Shown in pieces: positions 26,576-30,483 of a stretch of DNA of 30,483 bases. How positions within the stretch are numbered: the stretch's first letter is position 1; each line of letters begins with the position of its first letter. A program made the position numbers and the translations under genes. Location: positions 1-30,483 of IMG/VR virus record IMGVR_UViG_3300032218_001401, one strand, 5' to 3'. The notes beneath the pieces were generated by a model, which saw nothing but the letters and a program-made list of their open reading frames with translations, was not told where the DNA came from and made no database searches. The stretch comes from a virus (Duplodnaviria; Caudoviricetes).

Positions 26576-28104
26576 TGGCTGACTGGTCCCTGCCCACGCT
26601 GACAAGCACTTATACAAACTTCCTGAGTCAACTTCAGACTCGGGATACGGATCTGGCGCTTCAGTTTGACGGCACGACCACAAGCAACCAGCCGACGGGC
26701 ACGATCAGGTGGGATTCTTCGGCTGGGCGTTGGAAGAAATGGACCGGCAGTGCATGGGGTGAGCTTGCGGCGACCTATGCGCTCACTGGCCTGAGCACCA
26801 CGGGCAACGCTTCGATTGGCGGCACGCTTGGGGTAACAGGTGCCACAACCCTGGCGACAGCAACGGCAACAACGCCTGCAACAGCAGATAACAGCACCAA
26901 CATCGCCACGACGGCATTTGTCAAAGCGCAAGCCTATGCGCCACTAGCCAGCCCGACGCTGACCGGCACGCCAGCTGCCCCGACTGCTGCGACCAGCACC
27001 AACACCACCCAGATTGCCACTACGGCATTCACGGTGGCGCAAATCGCCAACGATGCGCTGCTGAAAACTGGCGGCACGTTAACTGGTGCGCTGACGCTTG
27101 CAGCTGATCCGATTGCCGACTTACAGCCTGCAACGAAGCGTTGGGTTGAAGCGCTCGCACCCAAGCAATCCTGCCGAGTTGCCACCACCGCCGCGCTGAC
27201 GGTTACAGCCACCACCAGCACGCTGACCAACTCGGGCACGCTTGCTGCAATTTCTATCGACGGTGTTTCACTCAGCAGCGGTGATCGCGTACTGGTCAAA
27301 GACCAGGCCACCACGGCACAGAACGGTATTTACACCGTCACCACCGTTGGCTCTGGTGCAATCGCGTGGGTGCTGACCCGTGCCAGTGATGGCGATGTTT
27401 GGAACGACCTCATCGGCGCAACAGTACCGATCGCGCAGGGCACTGCTAACGACAACACCTACTGGCTGAGCACCACAACGCTTGGCGGCACGCTCGGCAC
27501 AACTGCGATCACATGGCAGTTGATCAGCAATGCGCAGGTTGCAGCATTCGGCAGCCTGGCCTCCTTCGGGATGGTGGCGCTGACCGCTGCTGGCACCGTA
27601 ACCAACCGCAGCGTTGCGGTATCTGGCACGGGCTTATCGGTCACCAACCCTGATGGAGTTTCAGGCAACCCGACCATTGCTAGTAACGCAACCAACGCCA
27701 ACACCGCAAGCACGGTCGTTGCGCGTGACGCATCGGGTAACTTCAGCGCCGGCACGTTGACGCTGACTGGCCTGAGCTACTCGGGCAACATCGACAGCAG
27801 CAGCACGGGCTATCTCGATCTTCCGGCGGGCACGACGGCGCAGCGGCCTGCATCACCCAATTCTGGGATGATCCGGTACAACAGCGATACCGGCCAGTTC
27901 GAGGGTTACGGCACTGCCTGGTCTGGTATCGGCGGTGGCGCAAAGGGTGGCGGCTCGGATCAAGTGTTCTTTGAGAACGATCAAACCGTCAGCACTTCAT
28001 ATAGCATCACAAGTGGCAAGAACGCAGTAACCGCTGGTCCGGTTACAGTGGCCTCAGGCATCACGGTCACCATTCCATCCGGTAGCTATTGGAGCGTCGT
28101 GTAA
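26575..28104 (+). CDS. Side tail fibre protein
   Basis: Thr/Ala/Gly-rich; two ..T.IATTAF repeats with APLASPTLTGTP; GDRVLVKDQ...QNGIY; LPAGTTAQRP...GMIRYNSDTGQFEGY. Confidence 0.82.
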   Translation: MADWSLPTLTSTYTNFLSQLQTRDTDLALQFDGTTTSNQPTGTIRWDSSAGRWKKWTGSAWGELAATYALTGLSTTGNASIGGTLGVTGATTLATATATTPATADNSTNIATTAFVKAQAYAPLASPTLTGTPAAPTAATSTNTTQIATTAFTVAQIANDALLKTGGTLTGALTLAADPIADLQPATKRWVEALAPKQSCRVATTAALTVTATTSTLTNSGTLAAISIDGVSLSSGDRVLVKDQATTAQNGIYTVTTVGSGAIAWVLTRASDGDVWNDLIGATVPIAQGTANDNTYWLSTTTLGGTLGTTAITWQLISNAQVAAFGSLASFGMVALTAAGTVTNRSVAVSGTGLSVTNPDGVSGNPTIASNATNANTASTVVARDASGNFSAGTLTLTGLSYSGNIDSSSTGYLDLPAGTTAQRPASPNSGMIRYNSDTGQFEGYGTAWSGIGGGAKGGGSDQVFFENDQTVSTSYSITSGKNAVTAGPVTVASGITVTIPSGSYWSVV

Positions 28105-28107
28105 GCC

Positions 28108-28560
28108 ATGCCAATTTCAATTTCCGGTTCAGGCACGATCAGCGGTTTGAACGCAGGTGGGTTGCCATCGAGCAGCATCACGACTGCGAGCCTTGCTGAT
28201 AACGCCGTCACCTACGCCAAGATCGGCAGCACCGAACAAGGGCAGCTTTGTAAAGCGTGGGTGAACTTCAACGGCACCACCGCCAGCCCAAGCACCATTC
28301 GCGCTTCGTTTAACGTCAGCAGCGTGACGAAGAATGGGACGGGTGACTATACGGTGAACTTTACGACGGCGATGGTGGATGCAAATTATTGCGTTGCAAT
28401 GTCTGGCAGCGATTCGATCAACGGCAGCTCGGTACCCAAAATACTTGCAGCTAACGGCACATCTGCTCCAACTACCATGACGACAACTGCTTTGCGAATA
28501 GGTTACGGAAGTCCAAGTACCGTTGATGACTTTACATTTTCCGTTGCCATCTTCCGCTAA
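28108..28560 (+). CDS. Small fibre-associated structural protein
   Basis: KAWVNFNG....IRASFNVSSVT.NGTGDYTVNFTTAM.DANY motif typical of phage fibre modules. Confidence 0.72.
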   Translation: MPISISGSGTISGLNAGGLPSSSITTASLADNAVTYAKIGSTEQGQLCKAWVNFNGTTASPSTIRASFNVSSVTKNGTGDYTVNFTTAMVDANYCVAMSGSDSINGSSVPKILAANGTSAPTTMTTTALRIGYGSPSTVDDFTFSVAIFR

Positions 28561-28566
28561 CCCATC

Positions 28567-28776
28567 ATGACAAACGCAATCATCTACCCCGGAGACAACG
28601 GCAACATTGCACTGGTGATGCCAACTGGTGAGTTGCCTATCGAGGACGTTGCCCAGAAGGACGTTCCAGCTGGCGTCCCCTACTTGATCGTGCCCTATTC
28701 CGACATCCCCGAAGATCACACCTTCTTCGGTGCCTGGGAAGCCGACTTCACCAACGCAGAGGTGGCAGGATCATGA
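28567..28776 (+). CDS. Hypothetical protein (fibre assembly-like)
   Basis: AQKDVPAGVPYLIV...IPEDHTFFGAWEADF; co-oriented and tightly packed. Confidence 0.7.
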   Translation: MTNAIIYPGDNGNIALVMPTGELPIEDVAQKDVPAGVPYLIVPYSDIPEDHTFFGAWEADFTNAEVAGS

Positions 28777-29009
28777 TCACCATCAACATGGACAAGGCAA
28801 AAGCCATCGGTCACGACATGCGCCGCCGGCAACGTGACGCTGAGTTTGCACCATACGATGCTGTGATCGCCAAGCAAATCCCTGGCGCTGATGCAGCGGC
28901 AGCAGAAGCATCTAGGCAAGCTATCCGTGATCGCTACGCTGTGATGCAGAAAGCAATCGACAAGGCCAAAACCACTGATGCCATCAAGGCAGCCTTGGAG
29001 GCCAACTAA
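28773..29009 (+). CDS. Hypothetical helical protein (fibre assembly chaperone-like)
   Basis: MITINMDKAKAIGHDMRR..R..EF...D...RQAIRD; ATGA-coupled to the previous gene. Confidence 0.7.
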   Translation: MITINMDKAKAIGHDMRRRQRDAEFAPYDAVIAKQIPGADAAAAEASRQAIRDRYAVMQKAIDKAKTTDAIKAALEAN

Positions 29010-29011
29010 CC

Positions 29012-29632
29012 ATGCCAGTCCGTCTTTCAGGATCCACCAGCGGTTACACCGAGCTTGCGGCACCAGCAACGGCTGGCAACAACTCACTGACGTTGCCCAC
29101 GGGTAATGGCAGCACATATCAGATCGTGCGTAACAGTGGCACCGCAGGGTCCCTGGAATTTGCTGACAAGATTGTTTCGGGCACCGCGCAGAACAGCACC
29201 AGCGGCACGTCAATTGACTTCACGGGCATTCCCAGTTGGGTGAAGCGAATTTCTGTAATGTTGCGCGGAGTAAGCACAAATGGCACATCAAGCGTAATTG
29301 TTCAGTTAGGCACTACCAGTGGAATTGAAACAACAGGTTATTCTGGCAGCGTTGACTTTGTTGAAGATAATGCCGTCGGAACTACTTTTTCAACAGGCTT
29401 TTTAGTCGATAAGAGCTTAGCCGCAACAGATGTGCGCACAGGCAAAATGATTATTGAAGCATTTGGTTCCAACATTTGGAACGAACAATCAATTTTCTCC
29501 AATACTCTGACGGCGCTGCTACTAGGCGCAGGCGACAAAGCTCTTTCCGGCACGCTAGATCGCGTCCGCATCACCACGGTCAACGGCACCGACACGTTCG
29601 ACGCCGGGTCGATCAACATCATGTACGAATAA
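29012..29632 (+). CDS. Small beta-rich structural/fibre-like protein
   Basis: GSTSGYTELAAPATAGNNSLTLP, STSGTSIDFTGIPSWVKRI, LDRVRITTVNGTDTFDAGSINIMYE. Confidence 0.72.
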   Translation: MPVRLSGSTSGYTELAAPATAGNNSLTLPTGNGSTYQIVRNSGTAGSLEFADKIVSGTAQNSTSGTSIDFTGIPSWVKRISVMLRGVSTNGTSSVIVQLGTTSGIETTGYSGSVDFVEDNAVGTTFSTGFLVDKSLAATDVRTGKMIIEAFGSNIWNEQSIFSNTLTALLLGAGDKALSGTLDRVRITTVNGTDTFDAGSINIMYE

Positions 29633-29635
29633 GCC

Positions 29636-30244
29636 ATGAGCACACTCGCCGCAACGAACCTCAAGAACCCCAGCTCAGGCAGCAACAACCTTGTGCTGGG
29701 TACCACTGGCCTGGTCACAGGTGCTCAGTCCGGCCTTGTTCCGGCGATGCAATTCTTTAGGCTTGATGTGACGCTTGCAGGCGCCAACGTCAGCACTGCT
29801 CAAAACATTTTTGGTGTTGGTGTCACGTTAAGCGGCAGTCTTGTTTATGAGTTTGAAAGCATGTTTGCGCTCAGCAAGACAACCGGCACCACATCGCACA
29901 CAATCAGTCTTGGTTTTGGTGGTACTGCCACACTCAATGGCATCGCCTTCCAAGTAAACACCGCCATTGCACCAAGCGGTTTGACCACAGGCGGTACAGC
30001 ATCAATCTATGAGTTTCAAACCGCTGCTGGTGGCGTTGTTAATGCTGCTCAATCCACAGCCGGTATGCACTTTATGGCATTGGTAAAAGGCACGGTTTCA
30101 ATCAGTGCTGGTGGCACTTTTATTCCGCAATACACGCTCAGTGCCGCACCTGGCGGCGCATACAGCACTATTCAAAGCAGCTTTTTCAAAATAATTCCAC
30201 TTAGCGCTTCAGGCGCTAACACTTCCATTGGCACCTGGGCATAA
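29636..30244 (+). CDS. Small beta-rich structural/fibre-like protein
   Basis: 202 aa, S/T/G-rich; same operon. Confidence 0.65.
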   Translation: MSTLAATNLKNPSSGSNNLVLGTTGLVTGAQSGLVPAMQFFRLDVTLAGANVSTAQNIFGVGVTLSGSLVYEFESMFALSKTTGTTSHTISLGFGGTATLNGIAFQVNTAIAPSGLTTGGTASIYEFQTAAGGVVNAAQSTAGMHFMALVKGTVSISAGGTFIPQYTLSAAPGGAYSTIQSSFFKIIPLSASGANTSIGTWA

Positions 30245-30381
30245 TGGCCGTCCGTTCTAAAACCGGCACCGCTCGCATCGAGCACAAGCCCGGACCACCG
30301 AAATCCACGCGCCAAGGGTATGGCCAGCACAGCCGCCCACGTCGTCGCGGCCGCAAACCCCTCAGAGGGCAAGGCCGGTAG
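30244..30381 (+). CDS. 45-aa highly basic protein ending in RGQGR
   Basis: Hand-translated (below the track cutoff): MAVRSKTGTARIEHKPGPPKSTRQGYGQHSRPRRRGRKPLRGQGR. TAATG coupling to the previous gene. Confidence 0.7.
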   Translation: MAVRSKTGTARIEHKPGPPKSTRQGYGQHSRPRRRGRKPLRGQGR

Positions 30382-30483
30382 TGGATCAACAAACCCGCGC
30401 AAACTGGCAACGCATCAAGGATGTGCTGGAAGCAGCGGGGAAGACCGACAATCACTACTACCGCCGTGCCCTTGCCATCCTGG
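30381..30483 (+). CDS. Partial small hypothetical protein (runs off the window)
   Basis: GTG overlaps the previous TAG: MDQQTRANWQRIKDVLEAAGKTDNHYYRRALAIL; resembles a small cyanophage family (recollection). Confidence 0.65.
   Translation, partial: MDQQTRANWQRIKDVLEAAGKTDNHYYRRALAIL

Noticed and set aside
26575-30483. Possible diversity-generating retroelement target in the fibre genes
   Set aside because: No reverse transcriptase and no TR/VR pair differing at adenines was seen in the window.
1-30483. tRNA, rRNA, integrase, transposase, lysis or photosynthesis genes
   Set aside because: None recognised in this window; they may lie outside it.

Overview
This 30.5-kb window is a contiguous piece of a tailed dsDNA phage with a lambda-like long non-contractile tail, probably infecting picocyanobacteria (inferred from several small gene families, not proven). 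From left to right it contains: (1) a leftward recombination operon (RecE/ExoVIII-like nuclease, HTH, RecT-like annealase, excisionase-like HTH, partial SSB-like gene); (2) a rightward replication operon (SF2 helicase, VRR-NUC nuclease, Prim-Pol/PriCT-2/VirE primase-helicase) followed by an iteron-like, AT-rich putative origin; (3) a displaced gpZ-like gene and a cos-like intergenic region; (4) lambda-type TerS, TerL, gpW and portal; (5) a protease-capsid polyprotein; (6) a full lambda-like tail module (tube, G/GT chaperones with a -1 frameshift, tape measure, M, L, K, I, J), a fibre and small distal genes. The most unusual feature is in the head module. A Dps/ferritin-like gene sits translationally coupled between portal and capsid, and the capsid polyprotein begins with a HiPIP-like C-x2-C-x8-C-x12-C (putative 4Fe-4S) domain, suggesting an iron/redox module tied to capsid assembly. 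Other notable signals are a complete antisense promoter-terminator unit inside the primase gene and a shared ribosome-binding motif before the internal capsid start and the tail-tube start. All family calls are motif recognition by eye; no searches were run.
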